From: Saccharolobus solfataricus P2 | Lineage (GTDB): Archaea > Thermoproteota > Thermoprotei_A > Sulfolobales > Sulfolobaceae | Assembly (NCBI RefSeq): GCF_000007005.1 | Contig: NC_002754.1 | Reading direction: 5' to 3' (one strand) | Length of the DNA: 64,000 bases | Shown here: one piece after another, positions 10,287 through 21,159 of the stretch | How the letters are laid out: the number at the start of each line of letters is the position of its first letter | How positions within the stretch are numbered: position 1 is the first letter of the stretch | Program-made: the position numbers and the translations under genes | Notes under the pieces: generated by a model | What the model was told of the DNA's origin: nothing | What the model saw: the letters and a program-made list of their open reading frames with translations, nothing else | Databases searched by the model: none

Positions 10287-10694
10287 ATGGACTTAATAGA
10301 ACTACTTAAATTTGAACATGGTATATTTAGAATAAGGTTCTATTTTCTGGAAAAAGTTGATAATTCTTTGCAGGAATTGGAAACATTACATGACTTCATA
10401 GTTAATGTTCACGCGAAGATGGAGGACTTGTATGTCTTTAAAGATATACCAGAAGCCAAGCCTTATTCAAACGACCATAAACTAATTGAGAAGTACGGTG
10501 ATACGATAATAAAGGAGAAGAGAAAAGATTGGGTACCTAGGTATATGAAAATAGTGTTAGATCATAATCTGAATGAAGAGAAATACGTATTTCCGAAGGT
10601 AAAAGAAAGAAAAGGTTTGGTCTTAGACATTATAGAACAATATGGCTTTGAAAACTATCAAAAAATTACTGGTATAGATATAAGAAATTTCTAA
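10287..10694 (+). CDS. Hemerythrin/HHE cation-binding domain protein
   Basis: Likely start MDLIELLKFEH. H...H...E...H...H...EE pattern (EHG, LHDF, VHAKMED, DHKL, DHNLNEEKYVFP). Confidence 0.75.
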   Translation: MDLIELLKFEHGIFRIRFYFLEKVDNSLQELETLHDFIVNVHAKMEDLYVFKDIPEAKPYSNDHKLIEKYGDTIIKEKRKDWVPRYMKIVLDHNLNEEKYVFPKVKERKGLVLDIIEQYGFENYQKITGIDIRNF

Positions 10695-10809
10695 ATAGTG
10701 TAAACAAAGCTACACGTCATGCACCTATACAATCTTTTCTTCTTATTAAGTAATATAGCTCTCGCCGAACCGCATCTAGGACAAAAACGCATGTCTAAAA
10801 ATGAGTCTT

Positions 10810-11583
10810 TTACTCATAAAAGCTTGCGGCTAGCATACTAACTCCGGGCCAAGGTGTATCATATCCTAGTATCTCAGCCTTCTTTGGTTTAATATACCCT
10901 AAGAGCATGTGTAGAGTATTTAAATTTCCCTCTGGCATTGCAGTCTGATACTCCTTAGGATAAAGTTCACTAATTTTTAATATTTTCTCAAATTCACCAG
11001 ATTTTATTAGATCCATTAATATCGCATCGAATTTTGTAGGTTTAGGAGTTATCTTAAAGTAAAACAAGTCTAACCTATGAGTTGGTGAACCAGTGGCTAA
11101 AAACACTGCTTTCCTTCCAAGTTTCTCTACTGCTTTCCTAATCTTTTCACCTATTTCATAGTGTGATTCTGGCGAATTGTCAGTAATTGATATTGTTACA
11201 ACTTTTGGTTTATACTCGGGAAACATGTAGAAGAGGGGAATCCACGCACCGTGATCTAATCCCCATTTATCATCTTTCACTACTTTTCCCTCAGCGTTTT
11301 TCACTATTTCTTCAACTAGTTCAGTGTCATTTAACGCGTTATAACAGTATTTATAAGTCTCATCTGGGAAATCGTAATAATCTTGAATACACTCTAGCTT
11401 CTCACTGCTTTCAATATAGAAGGTTTCCGTCCATGAGACGAAATGGGGACTTGAGACTATTATTGTTTCTGGTTTATACTTCTCCTCAATTTCCTTTCCT
11501 ACTCTTCTCAATAAGTCCTTCCACTTATTCTCATCAATCAGTATTGTAGGAGAACCATGAGATATAAATAAGCCAATTGTCAT
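10810..11583 (-). CDS. LigB/DODA-type (class III) extradiol dioxygenase
   Basis: [23 protein letters not shown] motifs. Confidence 0.88.
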   Translation of the reverse strand: MTIGLFISHGSPTILIDENKWKDLLRRVGKEIEEKYKPETIIVSSPHFVSWTETFYIESSEKLECIQDYYDFPDETYKYCYNALNDTELVEEIVKNAEGKVVKDDKWGLDHGAWIPLFYMFPEYKPKVVTISITDNSPESHYEIGEKIRKAVEKLGRKAVFLATGSPTHRLDLFYFKITPKPTKFDAILMDLIKSGEFEKILKISELYPKEYQTAMPEGNLNTLHMLLGYIKPKKAEILGYDTPWPGVSMLAASFYE

Positions 11584-11634
11584 TAACAAGAACTCCAAAA
11601 ATATAAATAAAAAATTAAGTTAACTTTTGTTCAC

Positions 11635-13110
11635 TTAAGCTTTAGGATTAGGCATCTGATCGATTATATCCTTAACCAATTTGACGAATTCGTGCTTTCT
11701 ATCCTTGAATACCTCAGTATAAGTTTGAGCCCATCTTATTGTGGGATCACCCCTACTGAACCTATCATATTGTTCATATCTCATCCCTGCTTCAGATCCT
11801 ATAACGTCCCACAGTAGGTTAAACATCTTAACTCTTTCTAGGGCATCAAGACCTTTCATTGCCATGTACTTATCCAATAATTTTCTTTCCTCGGGATTTT
11901 CAAAATCTTTAATACCAGCAGGTATAGGTATTGATGATCCTGCACTAATTGACCTTAATATCTCATTTGCTCTGGGAACTGTCTTCATGTTGAAGTGACT
12001 GGCTGAAATGGAAATATAGGGATCTGGTCTAGTAATATTGGGCAATTCTTGGGCTCTTTCAACTGATGCATAGAGGGCTGCCTCATTTAGAGCTACATAT
12101 ATCAGTATCTCACCTATCTTTTCTTGAACGTTAATGAAATTACTGGTGCCAGAAGCTTCAGCAATGGCGATAGCTAAACCAGCAAGGAATTTTAACCTGC
12201 TATAATGTTGAATTACGAAGTGCCAGTTAAACCATCCCCTTAACTGAACGGTATGCCACATTAGGTCTTCGATTAACTCAGGCTTCTTGAAGAATATTAT
12301 CCTTTCCCAAGGAATTAGGACGTTATCTAACACTAAAACTGCATCGGATTCCTCAAATCTAGAAGATATTGGGTATTCAAATTCTCCTCCTTCCCTAGGC
12401 TGGAACCCCCTTCTAGACAAGAACTTAACTCCTTTAGTGTTTGTTGGGATAGAGAAGTATATTGCATATCTAGGATCACTATCTCTTCTGACATTTGGTA
12501 GATACCATAACATCTCCGCATAAGGACCGGCGGTACATATCATTGCGGCTCCTCTTACTACTACACCTTCTGGTTTTTCCTCAACTATTCCCACTTGAAT
12601 GTATGGATCTTCCCATTGAGAAGGTGGTCTAGATCTATCGTACATTGGGGCCACAATTGCGTGGGTATAGAACAAATCTCTCTTTGTAGCTTCTTTGTAA
12701 ATTTCAATCGCATTTTCCATGAACTTTGAACCGAACTGTTTTCCAAAGTAGTCCTCAGCGTGTGCATAGAATACCATTGTCCATAAGTTTAGGTAGTCTG
12801 GACTTCTACCGAAGAATCCCCTATAGTAATCATATATCTTTACTAGGCCATCCCTTAATTTGCCTAAATCTTTCTTGTTTTTAGGTCTTAGAAAACTTAT
12901 GCTAGTTTCCTCTCCCACATCAAGGTTATAAACCCTTAGGTACTCCTTATATTTCTCATCCCAATGTAGATCATAATATTTCGCAACAGTAGATATCGGT
13001 ATTTTAAATGCTGAATGTTCTGTAACATCCTTTACTACTTCTCCTTCATAGTAAACTACTGGTGGGTTTTCCTTTATACTTTTTATGTAATCTGTTCCCC
13101 TTCTTATCAT
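11635..13110 (-). CDS. hpaB: 4-hydroxyphenylacetate 3-monooxygenase, oxygenase component
   Basis: [40 protein letters not shown]. Start ATG 13110 overlaps the upstream stop (ATGA). Confidence 0.9.
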   Translation of the reverse strand: MIRRGTDYIKSIKENPPVVYYEGEVVKDVTEHSAFKIPISTVAKYYDLHWDEKYKEYLRVYNLDVGEETSISFLRPKNKKDLGKLRDGLVKIYDYYRGFFGRSPDYLNLWTMVFYAHAEDYFGKQFGSKFMENAIEIYKEATKRDLFYTHAIVAPMYDRSRPPSQWEDPYIQVGIVEEKPEGVVVRGAAMICTAGPYAEMLWYLPNVRRDSDPRYAIYFSIPTNTKGVKFLSRRGFQPREGGEFEYPISSRFEESDAVLVLDNVLIPWERIIFFKKPELIEDLMWHTVQLRGWFNWHFVIQHYSRLKFLAGLAIAIAEASGTSNFINVQEKIGEILIYVALNEAALYASVERAQELPNITRPDPYISISASHFNMKTVPRANEILRSISAGSSIPIPAGIKDFENPEERKLLDKYMAMKGLDALERVKMFNLLWDVIGSEAGMRYEQYDRFSRGDPTIRWAQTYTEVFKDRKHEFVKLVKDIIDQMPNPKA

Positions 13111-14054
13111 CCAGACCACCCCTTTAATTGACCCGTGGAAATATCCTCCACGGCAACCCATTCAGTTAACCAAGATTGAGGAATCGGCCTTCCCCAAAAA
13201 TCACTTCTATACCTTAATTGATCATAGGTCCAAACTATTGGTTTCCACTTATCCGGATCCAGAACCACGTAATCGTTGGTGAAGAACTCAATTCTATTTT
13301 TATCAAAATCTCTCAAATAAATATAATAACCCTCAGTTACACCATGTCTACCGGGACCCCTTTCTATACTATCCCACAATCCCACTGAGGCTAGAATATC
13401 TGGGGCTTTAATGACATCTTTTACATCATGAACGTAATACGTCTCATGGTGAAATCCCGGAACGTTTTTACTTGACTTCGCTATTGCTATTTCGTGTGAA
13501 TCCCCTCTTCTAGTTAACCACACTACTGCCAAATTCCCATCCTTATCCAAGAACCTCTCAGTCTCATAGTAACCCATGAATCTCTTAAAGAACTCCAATT
13601 CTCTCTCCAAGTCCTTAACCATATAATTTACGTGGGCTAACCTGACTGGACTCACTCCCCTATGCCTATGAAATGCTAATCTTAAATCGCCTACATACTC
13701 CATGTCATAGTATAGAAGTATTGGGATTCCTTCGGGGGATTCAAATAATAGAGCTTCATTAATACCCTTTTCCCTAAATTTCCTAACCTTATGACCTAGG
13801 TTTTCCAATTCTTCTCTGGCCTTATCTAATTCCTCTCCTTTACTTACCCTAAAGCCTATATACGATAAACCAGCCGAGTTGGCCTTTTTTAGTATTAAGC
13901 TATGATGCTGACCTTCCTCAATCCCTCTCAAATAAATATAATCGCCATCCTTTTCTGTCTCCACAAATCCTAAGAGTTCTGAGTAGAAGTATCTCGCCTT
14001 ATCCAAATCGCTAACTCTTATACACACATGAGATGTACGTAAAGTGTTGATCAT
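13107..14054 (-). CDS. hpaD: VOC-family extradiol dioxygenase (homoprotocatechuate/catechol 2,3-dioxygenase)
   Basis: Two VOC domains; [29 protein letters not shown]. Confidence 0.85.
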   Translation of the reverse strand: MINTLRTSHVCIRVSDLDKARYFYSELLGFVETEKDGDYIYLRGIEEGQHHSLILKKANSAGLSYIGFRVSKGEELDKAREELENLGHKVRKFREKGINEALLFESPEGIPILLYYDMEYVGDLRLAFHRHRGVSPVRLAHVNYMVKDLERELEFFKRFMGYYETERFLDKDGNLAVVWLTRRGDSHEIAIAKSSKNVPGFHHETYYVHDVKDVIKAPDILASVGLWDSIERGPGRHGVTEGYYIYLRDFDKNRIEFFTNDYVVLDPDKWKPIVWTYDQLRYRSDFWGRPIPQSWLTEWVAVEDISTGQLKGWSG

Positions 14055-14091
14055 CAAACACTATCACGTGCAAAAAGATAAATTAATTCAC

Positions 14092-14109
14092 TATTAAACT
14101 GATTTAAGG
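14092..14109. promoter_or_regulatory. Operator-like motif copy 1 (TATTAAACTGATTTAAGG) upstream of hpaD
   Basis: Matches the copies at 14613 and 16146 and sits 5 nt upstream of a TTAATT TATA-like element. Confidence 0.6.
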
Positions 14110-14577
14110 TTATCTACATAACTTCCAATAATTTCTATTGTAATAGACTAAGGGTGAGAAATTATCTCTAACAATCTTTCCATTAATTACCTCACCAACT
14201 ACAATGGTGTGATCACCAATATCAATAGTCTTATACTTCTTAACTTCCATGTAAGCGTAACTGTCAGCCAATACGGGTATTCCATCTAAACCTTCGAAGA
14301 ACTTTGCCTCCTTGAATCTCTCCTTTATGGGCTTAAAGGCAAATGTATTGAAGATTTTTTCGTCATCGACAAAATTTACTATAAAACCATTACTCTCGAT
14401 AAAAGGTACATCATTACCCTTAGTTTTATCTGCGGTAAACATAACTAATGGTGGATTTAAAGAAAGCGAATTAAATGTGTTGACCGTCATTCCTACTAAA
14501 TTATCACTCCATTTAGTTGTAACTACTACTATTCCTAGTGGAAATAATCTCATTATATTCCTTATCGTCTCGCTCAT
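14110..14577 (-). CDS. hpaC: Flavin reductase, partner of HpaB
   Basis: FPLGIVVVT, GMTVNTFNSLSLNPPLV, GDHTIVVGEV. Confidence 0.9.
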   Translation of the reverse strand: MSETIRNIMRLFPLGIVVVTTKWSDNLVGMTVNTFNSLSLNPPLVMFTADKTKGNDVPFIESNGFIVNFVDDEKIFNTFAFKPIKERFKEAKFFEGLDGIPVLADSYAYMEVKKYKTIDIGDHTIVVGEVINGKIVRDNFSPLVYYNRNYWKLCR

Positions 14578-14612
14578 GAGAGTATATACTTAAAAAAATT
14601 ATTTAAGTTTAT

Positions 14613-14630
14613 CATTAAACTGAGTTGATG
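14613..14630. promoter_or_regulatory. Operator-like motif copy 2 (CATTAAACTGAGTTGATG) upstream of hpaC
   Basis: 36 nt from the start codon, 6 nt upstream of TTAAAT. Confidence 0.55.
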
Positions 14631-14632
14631 TC

Positions 14633-16111
14633 TTAGGGTGAAACCTCATCCAATCTCTTATTAGCAGACCTATGTCCTATTGCTATTGCAATTATTGTTG
14701 AAATTACTTGGAATAAGGCTATTAGCAAAAATACCTCTATTGCCAAAGCTGTAGTGACCCCAGAAGCTATCAGAGAACCTATGAAAGAGGAAATTGCAAT
14801 AATCCCTATCCCACCCCCTATATGACCTACACCGTCACATAAGGCGAAACCAGTACTCCTAGCCCTAGTCGGAAAACTCTCAGCAGTCCAAGCGTATGAT
14901 GTTGGAACCCATAAATTAAAACCATAAAAGAGAATTATAGATCCTAGGAAAGATAATGCTATGTTAGTACCAGCTATAGCTATTAATAATCCCCCAATTA
15001 TTGTGAAGACTACTGAAATGACTGTCCACGTCTTTCTTTCAAGTCTATCTCCAACAAAGAAGGTTGTTATAGGAACTAATATGAAACCTATAACACCTAT
15101 TGCCGCAATCATTCCAGCTTCTGGTGGAGCAAATCCCAGTGAGGCTAATACAGATGTTAAACCAGCTGCCAAGGTATAGACGGTCATATAACCAAATAAC
15201 CACATTGAGACAAGTATTCCAAACCTCTTTATATAAAGTGAGGAACTAAATATGGTCTTTAATGCATCTAAATAGGAATACCTCTCTGCAATATAAGGCT
15301 GAATTATATTGGGTAATGGTGGGAGATTACCTAACTTGCCAGTAGCTTTCTTCTCCATCACCTCAACTATCCTTTCAGCTTCAGTTAATTTACCCTTAGA
15401 TATTAACCATCTTGGAGATTCAGGTAAGCTAAACCTTAAGAGCAATCCTATTAAAGCCAATAACGCACCTATCCCGTACATTACTCTCCATCCATTAACC
15501 GCAAAGAACCCACTTCCACCAAGTGCAAACGGTAATCCAAGAGGAAATGGAGCAGAGGGCGTTGTTAAGAACAATCCTAACCATATGCCTAGTGTTGCGC
15601 CTAGTGTTGAAAATAAGAATACTAGACTAGTGTATCTAGCCCTTCCGTTAATGGGAGCTACTTCTCCAATATAAGTATTAACTATTGCTAAATCAGCACC
15701 AACACCAATACCAGTTATGGTCCTTGCTACTAAAAAATTAACATAATTATTCGCCAATGCGTTATATAAACTGCCAAGGCCTGTAATGATCATAGTTATC
15801 ATTAGCATCCTCCTCCGGCCTATTACGTCAGATATTGGAGAAAGTATAAGGGCTCCTATTATATACCCTACTAGGTTTAATAGGACTATGGGGCCTAGTA
15901 ATGCTGGAATCTGAGGAGAAGTTGGATTGCTAACGTGAAATAGCGTTAATGCCGTTTGTATAAATGATACATTTATATCGAAAATGTCATAAAATGTGAA
16001 GAGAAACCCTATACCTAATATTCCTATAAAAATATATGAAAGTCCCCATATTGGGATTCTATCCATTCTAGCAATCGCTTCCCCTGCTTTTACTGCAGCC
16101 TTTTCTGCCAT
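14633..16111 (-). CDS. MFS aromatic acid/sugar porter family transporter
   Basis: SDVIGRRRM, YIGEVAP..GRARY, LPESPRWL, AESFPTRARSTG. Confidence 0.9.
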   Translation of the reverse strand: MAEKAAVKAGEAIARMDRIPIWGLSYIFIGILGIGFLFTFYDIFDINVSFIQTALTLFHVSNPTSPQIPALLGPIVLLNLVGYIIGALILSPISDVIGRRRMLMITMIITGLGSLYNALANNYVNFLVARTITGIGVGADLAIVNTYIGEVAPINGRARYTSLVFLFSTLGATLGIWLGLFLTTPSAPFPLGLPFALGGSGFFAVNGWRVMYGIGALLALIGLLLRFSLPESPRWLISKGKLTEAERIVEVMEKKATGKLGNLPPLPNIIQPYIAERYSYLDALKTIFSSSLYIKRFGILVSMWLFGYMTVYTLAAGLTSVLASLGFAPPEAGMIAAIGVIGFILVPITTFFVGDRLERKTWTVISVVFTIIGGLLIAIAGTNIALSFLGSIILFYGFNLWVPTSYAWTAESFPTRARSTGFALCDGVGHIGGGIGIIAISSFIGSLIASGVTTALAIEVFLLIALFQVISTIIAIAIGHRSANKRLDEVSP

Positions 16112-16145
16112 ATTTGGCTTTTCAAATCAATAATTTAATATTCTA

Positions 16146-16163
16146 TATTAAACTAGTTTAATA
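16146..16163. promoter_or_regulatory. Perfect 18-bp palindrome TATTAAACTAGTTTAATA (motif copy 3)
   Basis: Perfect inverted repeat in the divergent MFS/regulator intergenic region, 35 nt from the MFS start. Confidence 0.7.
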
Positions 16164-16242
16164 AACATACGACTAACAGTATACTATATTATAGTTTCTT
16201 ATAATACATAACATTTATATTTTTAAAGAGTTTAAATAGTAC

Positions 16243-16875
16243 ATGATTAACTTGATTAAACATGTAGATATAGTTGTAAGCCATGAAGATTGTTGGACTT
16301 CACACATGCCATTTACCGCATATACTATTAATTTAGAAGTTTATCCACATAAGAACTATTTAAGGAGTAGGATTCTTATCGATTCAATGGAAAATAAGGT
16401 TATATCAAACTTAATGAAAACACACAGAAGCGTTATAAAGGTTATGAAGGTAGATAGGTTTAAGGGAGGAACTTATGTGGATTTTTTAAATAAATACAAG
16501 GGATCAATAGCTGGGGTCCTCTACGATAAGGAAGTGTTGATTCTGGGTAATCTCATAGAAGGTAAAGACGAAAAATGGTCATTTGTAACTTCCAGCAAAA
16601 ATCTTCGAGAGATTCTTACTGAGATCGAAAGTTTAGGAAAGGTGAAAAGAGTGGAGACAACTGACTTTAACCCAATTCTCTACCCTAATCTGACTGAATG
16701 GGAAAAGAAAGTGCTTACGGTATCCTATTCCTATGGTTATTTAGACTATCCCAGAAGAGCAACTGCCGATGAATTAGCTAAGCTATTAGGAATAAGTAAA
16801 GTAACGTTCCTCTATCATTTGAGAAATGCCCAAAGGAAGTTAATTGCGTTTTCCATAAAAAACATTTTAGCTTAG
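16243..16875 (+). CDS. Bacterio-opsin-activator-type (HTH_10) transcriptional regulator
   Basis: C-terminal LTEWEKKVL..SY.YGYLDYPRRATADELAKLLGISKVTFLYHLRNAQRKL. Confidence 0.9.
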   Translation: MINLIKHVDIVVSHEDCWTSHMPFTAYTINLEVYPHKNYLRSRILIDSMENKVISNLMKTHRSVIKVMKVDRFKGGTYVDFLNKYKGSIAGVLYDKEVLILGNLIEGKDEKWSFVTSSKNLREILTEIESLGKVKRVETTDFNPILYPNLTEWEKKVLTVSYSYGYLDYPRRATADELAKLLGISKVTFLYHLRNAQRKLIAFSIKNILA

Positions 16876-18735
16876 GCTCTTCAACGCCTCCTTAAGTTCC
16901 TCCATTATCCTTATATCGTCCAATGTTGATACATCACCTGGATTCTCGTTAGCTAGGATAGCCTTTAGTAGCCTTCTCATTATCTTCCCGCTTTTGGTTT
17001 TAGGCAGTCTCTTCACAAACACTACTTTATCAACTATGTAACCAGCGTTCCTACAATAGTTCTTAATGTCATTTCTGAGTGCGTCACCAACCTCAACCCC
17101 TTGTCTTGGGACTACAAACGCTATTATGTTACCGCCTTGACCTATTACGGCAGCTTCGGCCACGTTGGGATGAGTTACTATTACACTTTCAACTTCAAGT
17201 GTTCCTATCCTCTCCCCTTCAGCTCTTATTACATCATCAGCTCTTCCCAGCACGAACAGATATCCATCCTCATCAACATAACCGTAATCTCCAGTGTAGA
17301 AGTATCCTGGGAACCTAGACCAATACTTCTCCTTTATCTTCTCGTAATTGGGATCATTCCACATTTTAGCTAAGGCTGGGTTAAGCGGTTTTAACACTAT
17401 ATATCCCTTTTGCTTAGGAGGTAATGGTTTTCCCTCATCGTCAACAATTAAGAAATATGTTCCTCCTGGGAATTGTATACCAGCGGAACCTGCCTTAAAG
17501 GGAATTTCGCCGATTCCGTAAGGAGTTGCACCAACTGGCGATAAATGCTCTGTCATCCAGTACGCATCTGCTATCTTAACTTGAGGAAGATTCTGATTTA
17601 ACCACATCCACGCTCCAACGTTTAAAGGTTCTCCTGTATTAAGAATCATTCTTAAGCTTGATGTATCTCCGCTCTTAACTGACTCCTCTCCTAAACTCTT
17701 GAGAGTGTAAAGAGTTGTGGTAGAACTCCAAACTAGGCTTACATTATATCTCTCAATTACTCTCGAGAATAGATCCCTTTTATAACCAACATATCCCTCA
17801 AAAAGCACACCAGGTATTCCCATTACTGGTATCGTGTATAAATTTGCCATTGGCCATACTGGCCAACCTAATTCTGAAACAGTCCACCAAACGTCATTCT
17901 CTGTTGGGTTAAATATTGCCTTAAAAGCCCAATTGAGTGCTATCACATACCCTCCATTACTATGGTATAATCCCTTAGGTCTTCCCGTAGTTCCAGACGT
18001 GTAATAAACTGTCGCTGGCTCGTTAGCCTCAACTTCCACTGGTTTAACGTAAACTTTCCCTTTAGGTTTCACACCATCATACACAACATCCCTTTTCCCA
18101 TTAACATTAAAATCTGAATATCCCCTCGGCACTGTCAAGACTTTCTGTATGGGTGTAGTATGAGATTCCAAAACTTTATCCACAAAATCCTTAATTCTTA
18201 TCTCATTTCCATTCCTAAACGTCTTTGAAGCAACAATCAATACTTTTGAACCGCAATCATTAAACCTATATGCCACTGTTTCCTCGCTCAAACCTACATA
18301 ATGTATTATTAGAATTGCCCCCAGTCTGTGTGTTGCTAAGGAGAAGTATACAGCTTCTGGTATATTAGGCATTAGCATGGATACCGTATCGCCTTTTTTC
18401 ACGCCCAATTCACTTAAGACATAGGCTGCCTTGTTTACTTCTTGATAAAGATCTTGAAAGGATATTGACCTAAAACTATCTAATCTCTCATTGGTCCAAT
18501 AAAATGCCACCTTATCTTTCTTATCTGGTAAATGCCTATCTATGGCATTATAGGATATATTAAGTGTTCCTCCGACGAACCATTTCTCGTATGGTGGTTC
18601 TCCCTCAAGTATTTTCTCTGGTTGCCTAAACCAACTTACGTAATTAGCCTTATCCCGCCAGAAGGCTTCTGGATTTTCCATGGAGAATTTTGCCAGTGCT
18701 TTAATCTGATCTAGAGAATATATTTTCCAACTCAT
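16867..18735 (-). CDS. acs: AMP-forming acyl-CoA (acetyl-CoA-type) synthetase
   Basis: YTSGTTGRPKG, YWMTE, YTGD, GRADD, LPKTKSGKIMRR. Confidence 0.92.
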   Translation of the reverse strand: MSWKIYSLDQIKALAKFSMENPEAFWRDKANYVSWFRQPEKILEGEPPYEKWFVGGTLNISYNAIDRHLPDKKDKVAFYWTNERLDSFRSISFQDLYQEVNKAAYVLSELGVKKGDTVSMLMPNIPEAVYFSLATHRLGAILIIHYVGLSEETVAYRFNDCGSKVLIVASKTFRNGNEIRIKDFVDKVLESHTTPIQKVLTVPRGYSDFNVNGKRDVVYDGVKPKGKVYVKPVEVEANEPATVYYTSGTTGRPKGLYHSNGGYVIALNWAFKAIFNPTENDVWWTVSELGWPVWPMANLYTIPVMGIPGVLFEGYVGYKRDLFSRVIERYNVSLVWSSTTTLYTLKSLGEESVKSGDTSSLRMILNTGEPLNVGAWMWLNQNLPQVKIADAYWMTEHLSPVGATPYGIGEIPFKAGSAGIQFPGGTYFLIVDDEGKPLPPKQKGYIVLKPLNPALAKMWNDPNYEKIKEKYWSRFPGYFYTGDYGYVDEDGYLFVLGRADDVIRAEGERIGTLEVESVIVTHPNVAEAAVIGQGGNIIAFVVPRQGVEVGDALRNDIKNYCRNAGYIVDKVVFVKRLPKTKSGKIMRRLLKAILANENPGDVSTLDDIRIMEELKEALKSLS

Positions 18736-18835
18736 GTTATCATATATATTTGTAAATTAAAAATTATATATACCTTTCGTTCAACAATGATAGATTTGTA
18801 TAAGATTTAAAAGTTATTTAATGTAAGATAAATAT

Positions 18836-19951
18836 ATGAGCGAAAAAGAGCTCTTTATACAATCATTAAGGGAGTTTCTAAACAGAGATGTTGAGAAGAT
18901 AGTGAATAAAATAGACAAAGAAGATTACTACCCCAGAGATTTAGTTAGAAAGCTTGGAGAGTTAGGCTTTCTAATCCCTTTAACTAGTGGTCTATCAAAC
19001 TACGACATGATGATTATTTTAGAAGAGATTGCAAAGGTTAGCGGGTCTTTAGCATTAATTGCTGATGCTCAAGGAGAGTTAGCCGGTGAGATGATTAGAT
19101 TGTATGCAAATGAAAGGCAAAAGAAGGAGTTTATGGAACCATTGAGTAAGGGAGAAATTATAGGTAGTTTTGCCTTAACTGAACCTTCAGGTGGAAGCGA
19201 TATAGGTTCCATGAAGACTCTCGCTGAGAAAAGAAATGGATCGTGGATAATAAAGGGACATAAGATGTGGATAACTCAAGGGCTTTACGCTGACGTTTTC
19301 ATCACAGTAGCGAAAACGGGTTCATCTAGACGTGATTTATCAGTTTTTATAGTGCCCAGAAGTAATTGCGTTGAGACTAGAAAAATAGAAGTCATGGGTA
19401 ATAGGGGAACTGGGACCGCTGAGGTAATCTTTCATAATTGCGAAGTGTCAAACGATTACGTTGTTGGGGAGGTGAATAATGGGTGGAACATGGTCAACTC
19501 AGTATTAGAAATAGGTAGGCTTGCTATCTCAGGTATTGCAATAGGTTTGGCTGAGGCGGCTTTGGAAGAAGCTTTTAAGTGGGCTAAATCAAGATTTGCA
19601 TTTGGGAATTCGATTTATGATTTTCAAGGGATAAGATGGTATTTCGCAGATGCCATAGCTAAACTTAACGCAGTTAAGTCAATGGCTAAGGATGTCAGTA
19701 GTAAGTTCGATGAGAATTCAAAGGATAAGGGAGTTTACGTCTCAATGTTAAAGTTATTATCTGCAAATATTGCTAACGAAGTAATAGACATCTCCTTACA
19801 AGTATTCGGTGGTATGGGTTACGCTAAGGGAACTAACATAGAACGAATATATCGTGATGCTAGACTACTTAGGATAGGTGAGGGAACTGATGAAGTACAG
19901 AGGCACATTATAGCTAAATATATTGAACAGTATGGAATACCGTATATCTAG
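18836..19951 (+). CDS. Acyl-CoA dehydrogenase
   Basis: FALTEPSGGSD, KGHKMWITQG, QVFGGMGY, IGEGTDEVQR. Confidence 0.95.
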   Translation: MSEKELFIQSLREFLNRDVEKIVNKIDKEDYYPRDLVRKLGELGFLIPLTSGLSNYDMMIILEEIAKVSGSLALIADAQGELAGEMIRLYANERQKKEFMEPLSKGEIIGSFALTEPSGGSDIGSMKTLAEKRNGSWIIKGHKMWITQGLYADVFITVAKTGSSRRDLSVFIVPRSNCVETRKIEVMGNRGTGTAEVIFHNCEVSNDYVVGEVNNGWNMVNSVLEIGRLAISGIAIGLAEAALEEAFKWAKSRFAFGNSIYDFQGIRWYFADAIAKLNAVKSMAKDVSSKFDENSKDKGVYVSMLKLLSANIANEVIDISLQVFGGMGYAKGTNIERIYRDARLLRIGEGTDEVQRHIIAKYIEQYGIPYI

Positions 19952-20013
19952 TTACTTTTGATCCTTTCTGACATTAGGCTAAAAAGTTTTAATAGGATGA
20001 GAAGAGAATATTT

Positions 20014-21159
20014 TTGGGGACTTTTTTGAATCGAATCGCAATAATAGGCTTAGGTTGGTACGGCTTCAAGCCTACGACTCATGAGGTCTCGTTTAGGGAA
20101 ATGGTTTTTGAGGCTGCATCGAGAGCATATAAAGATGCAGGGGGTATAAATCCTAGAAGCGATGTTGACTCCTTTATATCTTGCCAAGAGGATTTCTGGG
20201 AGGGAATATCAATAGCAGATGAATTCGCACCAGACCAAATGGGGGGTGCAATGAGACCCACAATGACTGTAGCTGGAGATTCTCTTCAAGGATTAGCCCA
20301 TGCGGCAATGCATATCAATTCCGGTGTAGCTAACGTAGTGTCAATTGAAGCCCATTCTAAGGTAAGTGATATACTAACATTTAGTGACCTGGAGAAATTC
20401 GCAATGGATCCAATATACATCAGATCCATTAATCCACCAAATTTCCACTTTATTGCAGGGTTAGATGCTGTAAAGTTCATGCATAGAAAAGGGATAACAA
20501 GAGAAGATCTGGCATTAGTAGTGGAGAAAAATAAGAAAGCTGGACTCTCATCTCCTAGAGCTTCTTTTGCCAGTAATATATCTGCTGTAGACGTGATGAA
20601 GAAAAATTATGTAGTTTACCCTCTTAGTGAATTAGATATTGCGCCTTTTGTGGATGGAGCAATAGTCATAGTAGTTGCTGATGAGGAAGTCGCTAAAAAG
20701 CTTAAAAAAGATGATTATCTAGTAGTCAAGGGAATAGGATTCGCGACAGATTCTTCAAACTTAGAAACTGCAGAGCTAGGAAAGGCAAATTACATGAAGA
20801 TAGCCTCTGATATGGCATATAAAATGGCTGGAGTTGAGACGCCTAGAAGGTATTTTGATGCCGTTTTCGTTGATGATAGATATAGTTACAAAGAATTACA
20901 GCACTTGGAGGGATTAAGAGTTTCTGAAGAACCATCAAAGGATTTAAGGGAAGGTAATTTCTCTCCTCAAGGAGAAGTTCCTGTAAATCCATTAGGGGGA
21001 CATATGGCTAAAGGAGTTCCTTTAGAAGCTTCCGGTTTTTCATTATTGCTAGACGCGATAGAGTATATTAAGCAAGGGAAGGGTGAAAGAGCTGTAGTCG
21101 CGTCTTGGCGTGGAATTCCCACGCTTACTGGATCAGTCGTGGTGGTGGAAAAGCCATGA
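20014..21159 (+). CDS. Thiolase-fold (SCP-x/Ltp-type) protein A, canonical Cys absent
   Basis: PFVDGAIVIV and NPLGGH..KGVP thiolase-fold motifs. True start may be TTG 20026. Confidence 0.8.
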   Translation: MGTFLNRIAIIGLGWYGFKPTTHEVSFREMVFEAASRAYKDAGGINPRSDVDSFISCQEDFWEGISIADEFAPDQMGGAMRPTMTVAGDSLQGLAHAAMHINSGVANVVSIEAHSKVSDILTFSDLEKFAMDPIYIRSINPPNFHFIAGLDAVKFMHRKGITREDLALVVEKNKKAGLSSPRASFASNISAVDVMKKNYVVYPLSELDIAPFVDGAIVIVVADEEVAKKLKKDDYLVVKGIGFATDSSNLETAELGKANYMKIASDMAYKMAGVETPRRYFDAVFVDDRYSYKELQHLEGLRVSEEPSKDLREGNFSPQGEVPVNPLGGHMAKGVPLEASGFSLLLDAIEYIKQGKGERAVVASWRGIPTLTGSVVVVEKP

